This document shows positions 26,543 through 42,772 of a stretch of 64,000 nucleotides of DNA, piece after piece. The notes beneath the pieces were generated by a model that saw only the letters and a program-made list of their open reading frames with translations, did no database searches and was not told where the DNA came from. Within the stretch, counting starts at the first letter, position 1, and each line of letters begins with the position of its first letter. Location of the stretch: positions 226,982,001-227,046,000 of the forward strand of contig OZ024741.1 of NCBI GenBank assembly GCA_964016885.1, in the 5' to 3' direction. The DNA comes from Eledone cirrhosa (taxonomy: Eukaryota). The translations under genes and the position numbers were made by a program.

Positions 26543-27351
26543 CATGTTCGTATCAAGGAACATGTCAACACCAACGCATCTACCTTCCGTAAACACATCC
26601 TTAAATGCGGAAACCCACAGGGCAGACCCTTGGTCACAGTCCTAGCGACTGAAGGCAGCATCGGATCCTTAAGGATAAAGGAAGCACTTGTTATTAAGAA
26701 CCTCAGACCCCTACTTAACAACCGGGCTGAGAGAAATGAGCTGACATGGCTAATTTAACCATAGTGACCAGTAACAGCCCTACGGCCTACTATCTTTCAC
26801 ACACACGCACTTATATGTATACCCATACACATACACACACACATCTATATTTATACACGCACACATGTTTATACAACCTACCACCTTTCACACTCTTTGT
26901 TTTCCAGCTTCTACGACCCACTATCTTTCACACACACACACTCACATACATACACACATACACACACACTTACACACACATATTTTACGGCTCTCATACG
27001 CTAGCGCACCCTATTGATTTAACCCAATTGGTCAGTAGCTTTTGCCACAGCCTATCACGCGCACGCGCATTCTTTCCCTCGTTTGAATTTTTCCCCATAA
27101 CGGCATTCCTAAGTTTTAACGACACTACAACTTTCTCCGGCTTAGCCTGTTCCCCCCCCCCCTTTTGGAACTTTCCCCCGTTGATGGGCGTGAGCCCGAA
27201 ATATTGGGATTAAATCTCCACTACGGTAACCCTTCTACCTTTGTTTTGTTTTCATTTTCACTTTTCTCCTATTTCTCACTCACTTCTTACCTCGAGATTT
27301 CCCATCTGCATTGTTGTGGCTTTCTAAACTACATATTTTACACATTTCACA

Positions 27352-29987
27352 ATGCTTCAAGCAAACTTTAACCCCCTCTTATCATTACACCTGAGCCAGG
27401 ACTTGTTTGCACCCATAAGGGACCTATTCAGACTATCGGAGAATCGTGCCAAACTCGGTTGCCAAATTACCTTCTTAAAACGCTGCCTAAAGAACAACAT
27501 CATTCCAACCACCATCAGGAATATACATTTACCCGAATGTTTACGATTACCATCCTTCGAAAACACCATCCGCCACATTCAACGCACGTTTATCAAGAAA
27601 ATACTACGACATAACCACCATCAACTGCGACTCCATATACAAACGCTCTCCGAGCACATAGATCGTATAGCTCCAACCCTCACCCCTGACCACCAGGTCC
27701 AGAAAATACGCGAAGCTATCGATCAGTGTTACCACACCAGAGTCAAATACGATAAACAGCGCCTTATACGGAAATACAAATGGACTGTAAACAAATACTA
27801 CAATGACAACATCCGCTCCCACAGACGGACCGACTACAACCACACCAGGGGCAACAGCGATACAACACCCTCCGCTACACCCCCCAACAGCGATCTACCT
27901 ACCAACGATGCTTCACATCTCGTTACCGACCTCACCGGTACCCTCACCAACGACGAACTCGAACTCCTGCGCCTCGGACCCAAGTTCATCATTACACAGC
28001 GTATCGATGATAGACTGAAACTCGACATCGAAACCAACTTCTGTCGGACAGCATATCAATTGAAATGGCTAACTGCCATCCAAAACAACACCGAGATCGA
28101 TTACAACCCCACAACCCACCCCACACTACCCACGTACCACCTCGACAACCCACTCCACCCCACAACTACCAATCACGAACTTGACACTAAACTACTCAGA
28201 TTGAAACATTCTATCTCTAACATCCTTTCCCAACACACACACACAGTAAACGCAACCTCACCAATGCACAATTTAATACTCTCACCAACCTAAGATCCAG
28301 GAACCTTGTTTACCTTCCCTCTGACAAGGGGAAAGAATTCTGTGTCATCTCGAGAGAGACCTACAACAACTTAGCTCTCCAACATCTTAATGACGACAGC
28401 CTCTACTTGAAAGTCACAGGGACCTCCTCGACTCTAATCGAGGAAGGCATTAACACCATATGGACTAACATCTGTGTCCAACGAAAACTGCCAAAGAAGG
28501 TAAAAAACAACATAATGACTCGAAACAGCAAACTACCCACCTTCTACCACCTGGTGAAAACCCGTAAACAAGGACCCGATTTGAAAATCAGGCCCATTGT
28601 CTCTAGCGTGGAGGGCCCACTTTACAAAATATCGTGGCTGCTCTCCACACTACTGAAACCCATTCTACACACACTACCAGCCCACGTCTGCAGCTCAAAG
28701 GAGGTCTTGGAGCGACTACACCATCTGGCGCCTAACACCAGAAAGGACAACGGATATGCCTTCAGTCTTGATGTGGTCGCCCTTTATACCTCCGTACCAG
28801 CATCCCCAGCCGTCGACCTGTTGACCGAACGAGTCCGAGCATCTAACTTACACTGCTTCGGACTCACACACACGGACATCCACCAACTCCTCTCCTTCGT
28901 TGTGGATAATGCATTCTTCAATTTCCTCGGCCACACGTACAAACAGATCTCTGGGCTACCTATGGGCTCTAGTCTGTCCGGCATACTTGCGATCTCGTAC
29001 ATGGACCACCTGGAACGCAAGGCACTCAACACCTGCCAACCCAACGCCGTCGCCTTCTACTCCAGATACGTCGATGACATACTGATACTCACTTCTTCCC
29101 AGGAGATGGCGAATGAAATTCACCAAATCTTCATTGACACTGACCATCACGTCGATTTCACCATCGAACACCCTGGAGAAGACGGGTCACTCGCCCTCCT
29201 CGACTTCCGTATCAACATCTCGGAAGAAGGAGACATAAACACCACCTTCTACCGCAAGGCAGCGTGCAAGGACTTATTTGTGCATTACAACTCAGCCCTC
29301 CCCAACAACGCTAAGAGAGGCTATGTCCTAAATGAACTTACACGGATCACTAATAGATGCAGCGACCCGATGGGTGGTCTCACCCATACCACGCAATTCC
29401 GTAATCTACTCAAGTCTAATGGATATCCCAAGCGACTGATTAACGGAATTAGAGACCCCAGACCCAATAGACAGACACCCACTAGAAACTTAGGTAAAAG
29501 CAGGTGCTTCTTTAAAATCCCCCACCTGAGTGAATATACCACGAACGCCATCCGCAGGGCCACACGGAGGGAGGGACTTGACATACATTTGGCCCACACA
29601 GGACCTTCGCTCCGAAGATACCTCTCCAACAAACCCGACGGGTCAGATGGGACGTGTTCCCTCAGCAACTGCCCGATACGGGGGGCAGATTGCCTACGCA
29701 CCTATGTCGTATATAAGATTCAATGCGATAAATGTAACAAGTTCTACATAGGTAGCACCATCCGACCCCTACATGTTCGTATCAAGGAACATGTCAACAC
29801 CAACGCATCTTCCTTCCATAAACACATCCTTAAATGCGGAAACCCACAGGGCAGACCCTTGGTCACAGTCCTAGCGACTGAACGCAGCATCGGATCCTTA
29901 AGGATAAAGGAAGCACTTGTTATTAAGAACCTCAGACCCCCACTTAGCAACCGGGCTGAGTGAAATGAGCTGACATGGCTAATTTAA
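27352..29987 (+). pseudogene. PLE RT + GIY-YIG polyprotein (~880 codons; frameshift at (CA)n ~28240, late stop at 29961)
   Basis: Collinear with family 3: MLQANFN.., LGPKF, PSDKGK, RYVDD, VVYKIQCDKC..FYIGST. Confidence 0.93.
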
Positions 29988-30419
29988 CCATAGTGACCAG
30001 TAACAGCCCTACGGCCTACTATCTTTCACACACACGCACTTATATGTATACCCATACACATACACACACACATCTATATTTATACACGCACACATGTTTA
30101 TACAACCTACCACCTTTCACACTCTTTGTTTTCCAGCTTCTACGGCCCACTATCTTTCACACACACACACTCACATACATACACACATACACACACACTT
30201 ACACACATATATATATTTACACACACATATTTTACGGCTCTCACACGCTAGCGCACCCTATTGATTTAACCCAATTGGTCAGTAGCTTTTGCCACAGCCT
30301 ATCACGCGCACGCGCATTCTTTCCCTCGTTTGAATTTTTCCCCATAACGGCATTCCTAAGTTTTAACGACACTACAACTTTCTCCCGCTTAGCCTGTTCC
30401 CCCCCCCCCTTTGGAACTT

Positions 30420-30455
30420 TCCCCCGTTGATGGGCGTGAGCCCGAAATATTGGGA
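30420..30455 (+). ncRNA. Minimal hammerhead-like motif with CCGUUGA core (family 4; 4 copies)
   Basis: tccc CCGTTGA t gggc-gtga-gccc GAAA ta TT ggga. Confidence 0.55.
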
Positions 30456-30627
30456 TTAAATCTCCACTACGGTAACCCTTCTACCTTTGTTTTGTTTTCA
30501 TTTTCATTTTCACTTTTCTCCTATTTCTCACTCACTTCTTACCTCGAGATTTCCCATCTGCATTGTTGTGGCTTTCTAAACTACATATTTTACACATTTC
30601 ACAATGCTTCAAGCAAACTTTAACACC

Positions 30628-30683
<56 letters not shown>

Positions 30684-30724
30684 CGAAACATAAGTCAATT
30701 GCATGAACTCATAATCCTTTATTT

Positions 30725-30780
30725 ACTGCTATATATATTTCGATGATAGCCATTGAATGGCTATGACCTTATCAGGCAGT
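30725..30780 (-). ncRNA. Hammerhead ribozyme (G8A variant) in a 160-bp insert within (TA)n
   Basis: actgc CTGATAA gg..atagccat-tca-atggctat..tc GAAA tatata TA gcagt. Confidence 0.65.
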
Positions 30781-30843
30781 TAGTCAGTTCTTAGATATGC
30801 CAACTACGTGTGTATAGTGTTGATGGTATCAGAGCCTTGGGAC

Positions 30844-30898
<55 letters not shown>

Positions 30899-30941
30899 CA
30901 TATATATACACACATATATATATATATATATACATATATAT

Positions 30942-31032
<91 letters not shown>

Positions 31033-31037
<5 letters not shown>

Positions 31038-31053
31038 GACGTAAAATAAGAAA

Positions 31054-31093
<40 letters not shown>

Positions 31094-31636
31094 AAAAAAA
31101 ATTTTTTCTTACTTAAATTTTCACTCCAACTAATTAGTTTCTGCAATGGGATAAAGACAGTTACGTAATCCAACTGTCGAGAATTCATTGCGTCATCAGG
31201 AAGTCTATTCTCAGTTAAGTCTCCAGGCAATGCGCGGACACTGGCGGCTCATATAAAAATAATAATAATTCGGTAGATCGAACAGCTTGCGAGGACTGGA
31301 TTCTATGTACCGAAATTCTCACTGCTTCAAGTCAAATGGCCGATTCTAAAGAATCAATCACGTGACACAGAGGCTAGTTAGAAGGAATGGGATGGTAAGA
31401 TGACTGACGCCTACTAACACCCCAAAAAAAATTTTTTTTTTTTTTAGAAGTGGTTTTGACAAGTTTGCTCGACAAATCAGTGATTTGGAGATAAATATAG
31501 ATAATTTAATATATCAACTAACATAAGCTCACAGATGCACGCCCATGCCAGCAAATACACAGGTTATGTCATAGTACCTAGGTGGTTCAATGCAGGAGAA
31601 TGCAGAACAATAATATAAAGGACGTAAAATAAGAAA

Positions 31637-31668
<32 letters not shown>
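31033..31668 (-). mobile_element. Non-coding ribozyme-bearing unit with a terminal direct repeat (period ~583 nt)
   Basis: taaaggacgtaaaataagaaaatat(t)n at 31033 and ~31616; HHR inside. Confidence 0.6.
31124..31203 (-). ncRNA. Canonical hammerhead ribozyme
   Basis: cttc CTGATGA c gcaatg..gacagtt..aactgtc..cattgc a GAAA ctaattag TT ggag. Confidence 0.8.
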
Positions 31669-31671
<3 letters not shown>

Positions 31672-31764
31672 TATATATATATATATAGTGTAGGTAGTAA
31701 TAGTGAAATACTGGTGTTGCTACCATATCAAGCACTCTGAGCCCAGGCAGAGTGCGTCGCATCA

Positions 31765-31852
31765 CCAGTCTGAGGAGTAGATTGATACTGCAGTGGCCTA
31801 TAACTCCTATGGGTCACCTTGAGCCAATCCTCTGCGAAACCCGCGTACTAGG
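31765..31852 (+). ncRNA. Hammerhead-like motif with imperfect stem I
   Basis: ccagt CTGAGGA gtaga...tctgc GAAA cccgcg TA ctagg. Confidence 0.55.
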
Positions 31853-31899
31853 TCGATACACAATAAATATTTTTCATATATAAACGAAACTTCCTCCTT

Positions 31900-31943
<44 letters not shown>

Positions 31944-32183
31944 AAGGAGGAAGTCTCGTTGTGAATTCATAACAACTATCCTACACACAGCGACGTGATT
32001 GGGGTGAGTGACAGATCACTCCTGAATGGAAATGGCCAGTGGGCAGATTTCAATGGTCAGGCACTAAGATGACGTCGCGAACTAGCAACCCATCTAAGTG
32101 CCGCGCAAACAAGATGATGGCAGATGATAAAAATTCGAAGGGTCGGAGTCCAGCAGAAAGAGAATTTGCTTCGAAACCACTAG

Positions 32184-32276
32184 ACGTATCTAAGGAACTC
32201 GCGAATCCAGAGTCAGGTTTGATCCACAAACAGATCGCATCTCGAGCTGTTCACCGGAGAAACAATTGTAATACGT
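32184..32276 (+). ncRNA. Decayed hammerhead (G5A)
   Basis: acgtat CTAAGGA ... GAAA caattg TA atacgt. Confidence 0.55.
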
Positions 32277-32317
32277 AATAAATTGCGTTCCGATGCATCA
32301 CTGATTCTTCGTTTTCC

Positions 32318-32428
<111 letters not shown>

Positions 32429-32979
32429 CGTTTGCTATAAAATAAATAATAATAATAAAACAATTGTTTCTACCTTTTGGCACAAAATAATGAAAGAGGA
32501 ACGAGGCAGGAACGGCAGACTCTATGTAGTATATCTCAGCTGCTCCCTGCAGACACCGTGATGAAGGTATTGCCGCGGAGAACAGCAAGCGAAACCCCAG
32601 CACCATCCGCTCCGAATTGCGGGATATCTTCCTCAGGTGGGACGCACTCCTACCAATTCTGGAGAGAAAAATGTCAGTTCAGCAATCGAGGATATTGAAA
32701 GTCTCGACGGCGACCCGCACAAAAAGGAAGCGACCGGTCAAATCTCGGTATTTGGAAATCTTCTGCTCCTCTGTGTTACGAGCGGCAATGCCAGGGTTTG
32801 AGGTCGGAGGCGGAGAACATGTCGCAGAACATGGCGTTACAAATTAGATATTTAACCCACCCATCCTCTTCTTAAAAGCGAGAATGGTTATCTAGTCTGG
32901 CTGCTTGTCATCCTCATTGGCGAATCTGGCAAGGTGCAGTTGTAATGAGAAACCTACCGCGTCAAGTCAAATTCCCTTC

Positions 32980-33172
32980 TAATAATTGTTTCTTCTTTTG
33001 ACAAAGGCCAGCAATTACCCCAGTGCATTACTGGTGCTTTATTTTATCGACCCCGTAAGGATGAAAGGCAAAGTTTACCTCGGCGGGATTTGAACTCAGA
33101 CCCTAAAGGGATGTAACTCATGGCTGCAACGCATGGCTTCCTACCCTCTACCGGTACTGCCAAACCACCCGT
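32980..33172 (-). mobile_element. SINE
   Basis: Reverse complement of the SINE consensus. Confidence 0.8.
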
Positions 33173-34375
33173 TCAAAGAAGCGTGATGAGGGAACCAACT
33201 TACACTGGAAATTTTGCAGAAATTCATACTCACGGAAATATACCAGCAAAAGAAAATATAAATATATGTGAAGATAATATATCAGACAAGTCTGTCAAAC
33301 ATACTTAATACATTAATTCATAGAAACTGATTGGACACTTCCGGTATCTAATGAAAAATATGTAAATATATTTTCCCTCGAAAGTTCATGTTAGAAATAA
33401 AAGAATAAAGAAAGAAAAAAAACAATTTGATTAAGTTTTATTTAATAGGCGATGGTTTCTTCGAGTTGGTTTCGCGTTTATTAAGCAGGCCACTGAGAAT
33501 AAAATGGAAATATTTATTGACTGTAATCGACATTAAATCATAGGATGTTTCAATTTCTGGTTGATTTCTTCAGGAATTTCATTCATTCCAAATTTAAATC
33601 ACTCTAAAGCCAGTGAAATATTCTCTTAAAATCTGAATTCTGCCCTCAGGGAAAAGAAAGGAGAGAGGAGACAAACAGAGAAACTGATGTAATATGGTGA
33701 TTATTACAAAGCATCATCTAACCACTCTAATCTTTGGTAAACAAGCATGAAATTAATATGTTTGGGAATAAGAATCGTTCGCAAAGCAGCAAACATTGAT
33801 TCGAAATTTAAAAAGAAGGAAGAAAATTAAATATATTTAAAAAAGAAGAAGAAATCATATCAGCTATGAAAAATCTGAGTAAATGAAGCAACCTTAAGTG
33901 GAATACTGTAGATTGTGAATTCGTTCTGATCAGAATAAAACACAATATCGAAATTGGTGAACAGGATCATTTGAAAGAATGGTGTCTTAGGCATATACAC
34001 AACGCAGCGTTGGTGACATCATTCAATCGGTAGATCGACGCCCTAACGATTTGGTTAGTTGTCGCTCATTGAAAATTTACACATTACTATTTCTCTTCAA
34101 ATATGAGTCTGAAAGGTTCGGTTTGAATACATCGTTAAAACATATATTAAAAGTTTTACTTCAAAGCCCTGTCCACTTTTTGATATTAGTTCATATTTTT
34201 ACAACCTTACTTTTTTTGGACTGTCGAATGCGTGTGTATATATATATATATATATATTTCAACACATGCCTGTTTGTGTTTGTTTCTCTATTTACTGTTT
34301 TATAAAGAGCCCGGATTCTATTCCTTGAGCTCATTAAATTACAGGGGATTAACGCGAGTTTTTAACTCCGTTGTT

Positions 34376-34458
<83 letters not shown>

Positions 34459-34803
34459 AGGGAGAGAGAGAGATCCGCAATTCCTTATGGAGTCGGAAGC
34501 GCCTTGAAATAAGAAACAGCATTTCTTGTGCATTTTAATCCTGAAGGAGCCAAACCCTCTCCAGACATGAACACAGCCAATTTCTTCCAGAGAACGAAAG
34601 TGGGTGATATAGAGGCGCAATCAATCCTAATACTACACTGGTACGTTTTTTATGGACGTCGAAACGATAAAAGGCAAAGTTGACCTCGGCAGCTTTTGGA
34701 TTCAGAGAGCGCAGAAAGCCGGAACGAATACTGCAAAGCCTTCTATCCGACATTCTAACGACTCTATTAATTCGTTGCCTTCGAACTATCGAATTTACAA
34801 ATA

Positions 34804-34974
34804 CCGTATTTCCCGGCGCCAAAGACGCTTCGTGCTCGAGGGCATACCCTAATTTTGACAGCCAAAACTTTGAAACAAAAATAATAAACATCCTTCAGCC
34901 TCCAGGACGCATGATAGATTTTTGAGACTTATTTTAGGGGGAAAAAGTAGCGTATTCGACGCCGGGAAGTACGG
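34804..34974. mobile_element. MITE (Tc1/mariner/pogo-type, TA flanks)
   Basis: TA|ccgtatttcccggcg ... cgccgggaagtacgg|TA. Confidence 0.75.
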
Positions 34975-35182
34975 TAATTGTATTATCTCTAAGATATCTG
35001 ATGACGCTTTCTCAGTGAGTTTTCTTCACCCACTGAACCACAGGAGCTGAACATGAAACTTCGCTTCTTTTAAGTATTTAGAACAGCTCAGCCTAACTGA
35101 TGGTAGCACTCATAGAGCGGATCTCTTAAAACTCCGTGGTGCAGTTTAATTAAAACCCTGATGCTTGTCGACGCGGCATGAC

Positions 35183-35520
35183 CGGGTGTGTAAGAGGTTC
35201 GTTTCACGATCAATAGGTCACGGGTTCGATCACATTTTGGACATGTGCATTGCCTTGCGTCGACCGATGTCGAACTTGTGAGTGGGATTGGGTAGGTGGA
35301 AACTGTTTGGAAACCCGTCAGAGGAACTGTATATGTATTTCAAAGGCCGGGGCCTTGTCATACAATCTGTCACGTTGAATCTCCCTGAGAATTAAATTAA
35401 GGGTACACATATCAGAGGAATGCACAGCCACCTACAGGTTAATTTCACAAGCAGGTTATTCTGTTGATCAAACAACTGGAGCATTGATCGTCGAGACCGA
35501 CGTAGGTTTATCCATCAACA
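35183..35520 (+). mobile_element. Old tRNA-derived SINE of a second family (octopus-type)
   Basis: gggttcgatc B-box-like motif and cttgtgagtgggattgggtaggtggaaactg..aacccgtc, recalled from octopus SINEs. Confidence 0.5.
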
Positions 35521-35907
35521 CTGGTGCTAACATTGTTGAAAATAGTCAGCTTTCCTATCATGGCATCTATTTACTGCATGTGGAATAAACCAGCGGAGTT
35601 GGGTATATTAGCTACGAGTGTACAAACTGAAAACGGAAAAGTATTTAGCTTGTATATTTTTCATAGTGACAGTTGCAACTAAACATGCTGATTTCGATAG
35701 TTGCGACGGTCGCCTAGAAAAATTTATAGGAATGGGATGGTAGAGATTTAGAATGATAACGAAATTCCAGTAAATCATTGAATGGGAATAAAACTGAGGT
35801 CTGTAAGTGTTTTTTGTCAGATGAAGATAATGGAATTAAGATATTTGAAGAAAAATGAGTATTTACAGAAAGAGACAGGGAAAATATACAAGCACACACC
35901 CACATGC

Positions 35908-35949
<42 letters not shown>

Positions 35950-35956
35950 ATGTGTA

Positions 35957-38640
<2,684 letters not shown>

Positions 38641-38643
<3 letters not shown>

Positions 38644-39195
38644 CGGGTAAAATTCCCGAGATCCATGGACGAGTTCTCTCCAGCGGTCTCTGTCCCTCAT
38701 TATCGCTGCCATGTCCTGCGTCTCAAACAGACCAGTGTCTGTTCTTAGGGCATCAACATACATTAACCTTGGTCTTCCTCTTCCAGTGTGTCCATGTAGG
38801 GGCTCCCACAGGAGCACTGAGTGCAATGTCAACTCTGGATGTCGGTGAGCATGTCCAGCTAACCTCAATCTCCTCTGTGTTACTTTTGAGCTGACTTTTG
38901 GGAGGCTCCCATACAGCTCTGAGTTTTTCATCCTCAGTGTATACTGATTAATGTTGAGAGCCATCCTCAGCATTCTCGTGTAGCACCCATCCACCACCTG
39001 AGTGAGTTTCTTGGTCAGTGTCCAAGTCTCAGACCCGTACAGCAGCACAGACTCCACTACAGTATTTGGGAGCAAAGATTGGGAATACGGAAGATGATGT
39101 GGTTGAGAGGAAGAGCAAAGCCGGGGCGGCGTGCCACAGCTTGAGATCGGTGTGGAAGTCGGACCTTCGTAAAGACCTGAAAATCCGCCTCTTCA
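38641..39195 (-). mobile_element. RTE/RTEX-clade LINE 3' fragment with 5' inversion
   Basis: Minus: VESVLLYGSETW..RRLRLAGH..RGRP..DRDRW. Plus 39060-39195: YLG..KIRLF. Confidence 0.85.
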
Positions 39196-39204
39196 TATAT
39201 ATAT

Positions 39205-39875
39205 GTATAACAATAATAATAAATTTGAAGACTAAAATCCAAAGAGGACCCGAAAAGGATAAATATATATCAGATATATAAGAACCATAGAGTAAATATT
39301 TATTAAAATAACAGATTAAAGTTTAAGCAAAGAATCGCTGCTTTCACCCTTAACGGGATCTTCTGAAACTAACAAAGTCAATCTGTGAACGCAGAAGTAA
39401 ATATTTCAAAAAACGTTGCAACCGAAGGAAGACAGGAAGACGATACTTTGGTTTGTGGAAACGTTCCCTGGCAAAGAACGGAAGAAACGAAGATATTATT
39501 TGGTGCAGTGAAATCAATTACACGCGAAGACAAAACCACGTTTATGGTATAAATGAAGTCGTAGACTAATATTCTATTAGGTGGTTCATGGAGACGTTCT
39601 CTGGCAATGAACGGAAAAACAAAGATAATACGTCATTATGTGGAGCAATGAGAACAATTACACGCAAAGACAAAACCACGTAAATGGTGTAACTGAAGTC
39701 GTAGACTAAAATTCTATTTAGGAAACCGAATGATTCTCGGCTTCAGAGTTAAGAATAAAGTAAATAAAATACAGAGGTAATTGAAATTAAATATATACAT
39801 ACATACATCCATATACGTACATACACAAGCATACGCGAAATCACTCCCCATGGGTATGCAAATACAAGCACATAC

Positions 39876-39906
<31 letters not shown>

Positions 39907-39989
39907 AACACACACACACAGAATCCACGCAACGCCTGTACCGCACACATACGAACGTATACACCAAATACACATAAAAAATAAATAAA

Positions 39990-40044
<55 letters not shown>

Positions 40045-40540
40045 GTGTGTGTGTGCGTGTATACATAATTAAATAAACGTATATAAATATACACACATAA
40101 ATACGTATACAACGCGCGCGTACACACACCCACATGTAAAGACACATATGTTCGCGGACGTACGTCAACCAACACAAAGTACACATATACACACACCCTA
40201 CATACGTACGAACCCGCATACTCACACAGACGCAAAACTCACGTATACACATAACCAAATGCACATGTACCAGTATATATAGTATATACGCCAATAACAT
40301 ATACAAGCAAATATACGTACGAGAAAATATACGTACCTTCACAAAACATACAGGTAATATATACTTACCTATACGAATAAGTAATGGTATTAACATAACA
40401 TACTTAGCTACCACACCAAGACATAAAATATACGCGTATAACTTGTACTATCCGTTAGGGTATAATGTGGGGCTGTAATACAGGAAAGCTTTGTGCAATT
40501 CATGTTTACAAGCCGAAATTGCCTCAGATATTTTGTTTAA
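39205..40540 (-). mobile_element. PLE family 1, endonuclease end + pLTR
   Basis: Homologous to 7722-8810 and 6148-6245. Confidence 0.88.
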
Positions 40541-40568
40541 TATATATATATGTATATATATAGATGAG

Positions 40569-40615
40569 ATTCTACAAAACTAGAACTGTTTCATTCTTGA
40601 GAAATCATCAGGAAT
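40569..40615 (-). ncRNA. Compact hammerhead ribozyme in a 90-bp island within (TA)n
   Basis: attc CTGATGA t ttct-ca-agaa t GAAA cag..ttg TA gaat. Confidence 0.7.
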
Positions 40616-40648
40616 GTGGTTACCTCCGATTCAACCTGGAATAACTTA

Positions 40649-40760
<112 letters not shown>

Positions 40761-40788
40761 ACCTGCAGTATTCTTCTCCCCATTTTTT

Positions 40789-40888
<100 letters not shown>

Positions 40889-40983
40889 TATATATATATA
40901 TACATATAAATGTATGTATATGTATATGTATATATATAAAGAGAGGAGGAGAAGAGAGAGAGAGAGCGAGAGAGGGAGAGGGA

Positions 40984-41052
<69 letters not shown>

Positions 41053-41270
41053 AGAGCGAAGTTTTTTATGAAGGAGCCAATTGCATATATACATTGTGGA
41101 TTTTCCTGTCATTGTACTCGCGTTTGACTTTTGTATTATGCAAAGAACCAATTTTTTTAAGGCAAGCATTTAGAAAAGGGAGTAAATTCAATCGCTTACT
41201 TCTCTGAGTTATTCTTTCATATTTTCTGTTTCTGTCTCTCTCTTATTTTCGTCTCTCTCTTTATCTCCTT

Positions 41271-41391
<121 letters not shown>

Positions 41392-41685
41392 TGGCGTGTC
41401 TCTAGTATGGAAATGTCGACTAGTAAACGCAAAAGAAAATGCCACTGTGATAAATCCATCTGTTTGCCTTACATGAGTATCTATTCCCGAGTACACTACT
41501 TGAGCCCCTTTCTGAGTATCTTCAATGGAAATCTTTATAAATTCCTTCTCTGAACACATTAACATTTTAATACTAAACTGACTAAACGTGTCTCTGGTTC
41601 ATAAATAAAACTTTGTGTTTAAATTTATTTTAAAACTTTCCATTGTAATTATATTTAAGAGTTTTTAATAATGGTAAATCAATTA

Positions 41686-41800
41686 CCGTATTTCCCGGCG
41701 CTGAAGACGCTTCGTCCTCGAGGACGCACCCTAGTCGCATGATAGATTTTGGAAACTTATTTTAGGGGAAAAGTAGCGTCTTCGACGCCGGGAAACATGG
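41686..41800. mobile_element. MITE, internally deleted copy of the 34804 family
   Basis: Same TIRs and TA flanks. Confidence 0.75.
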
Positions 41801-42589
41801 TAAATCTCCCCAAATTCTTATTTATTTTTTAGATTATTTGAAAATTCCAACTGTTGGAAAAGAGTTCATAACTTTGAAGTTATGAACTGTTTGTTAGAAA
41901 CCTGAAATTATGAACTTTCGGAAACGAATTCGCAAGTTTGAAGCTATGAACCGTTAGAAAAGAGTTTATTAGTTTCATTAGAAATAGGGTAACGAAAGTA
42001 TTAATTTAGTAGCTTGTTCAGCAACTGAGTATTTTACCCAAGTATTTAAATTGAATCGCTTATTTTTCTACCTTACATCAGCCACTAGGTAGCATACTGA
42101 AAGGAACTACTTAGATATTTGAGTATTTGCATAGCACGATGTAACAGCACTACCTGACTTTTGGATGACTATGCGGAGTTTACTATGTTTCTTAAAAACA
42201 TTCGGGTTGTCTCCTTTTTGAAGATACGTTCCTCCATTCCACCAATTTTGGAGGCATTGGAGAGGGTCATGGGTGCTACTTTTTTTCTTTCTTATTATAC
42301 AGTAAAACAACAACTTAATGAGTATTTTCAATACGGCGTATCTTATTGAATATCTCTCCCGAGGCATCTTCATAAGTATAGCTCAGACATACTTTTCCCG
42401 TAGTGGCTCTACCATTTCAGTCATTTAAAAAAGATAATGTTAAGTGTTTAAGTGTTACTATACGAAAGCTGCATTCGTATCGAATCTGCTGTAATGTCTC
42501 GATTTCTCCTGAATTCTTTGTCATTCATTTCGTTCTGAATTCAAACTACGCCGAGCCTATTTGATTAGTGACAATCAAGTCCTGGGTTG

Positions 42590-42697
42590 ATTTATCAAAT
42601 ACTAGCTAGCCCTTCCAGCTGACTACCGGCTAGGTATACCTGCCTCCACCACTCCACTGCAAAGATACCACACACCCTCCCGTGTCACATTGTCCTT

Positions 42698-42772
<75 letters not shown>

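Larger units (their letters stand above)
26541..30630 (+). mobile_element. Full-length PLE family 4 in partial-tandem form (5' pLTR 26541-27380, ORF, 3' pLTR)
   Basis: 26541-27380 repeats 29770-30630; the ORF start ATG lies within the pLTR end. Confidence 0.93.

Noticed and set aside
29961-29963. TGA near the end of the family 4 ORF as recoding
   Set aside because: The other three copies have AGA; private mutation
32480-32970. GC-richer segment, possible LINE endonuclease remnant (DLTGRFLFVRV on minus)
   Set aside because: Motifs too weak to call
42030-42460. Unique-looking sequence, possible host exon (also 44080-44400)
   Set aside because: No recognisable protein in the frames I read
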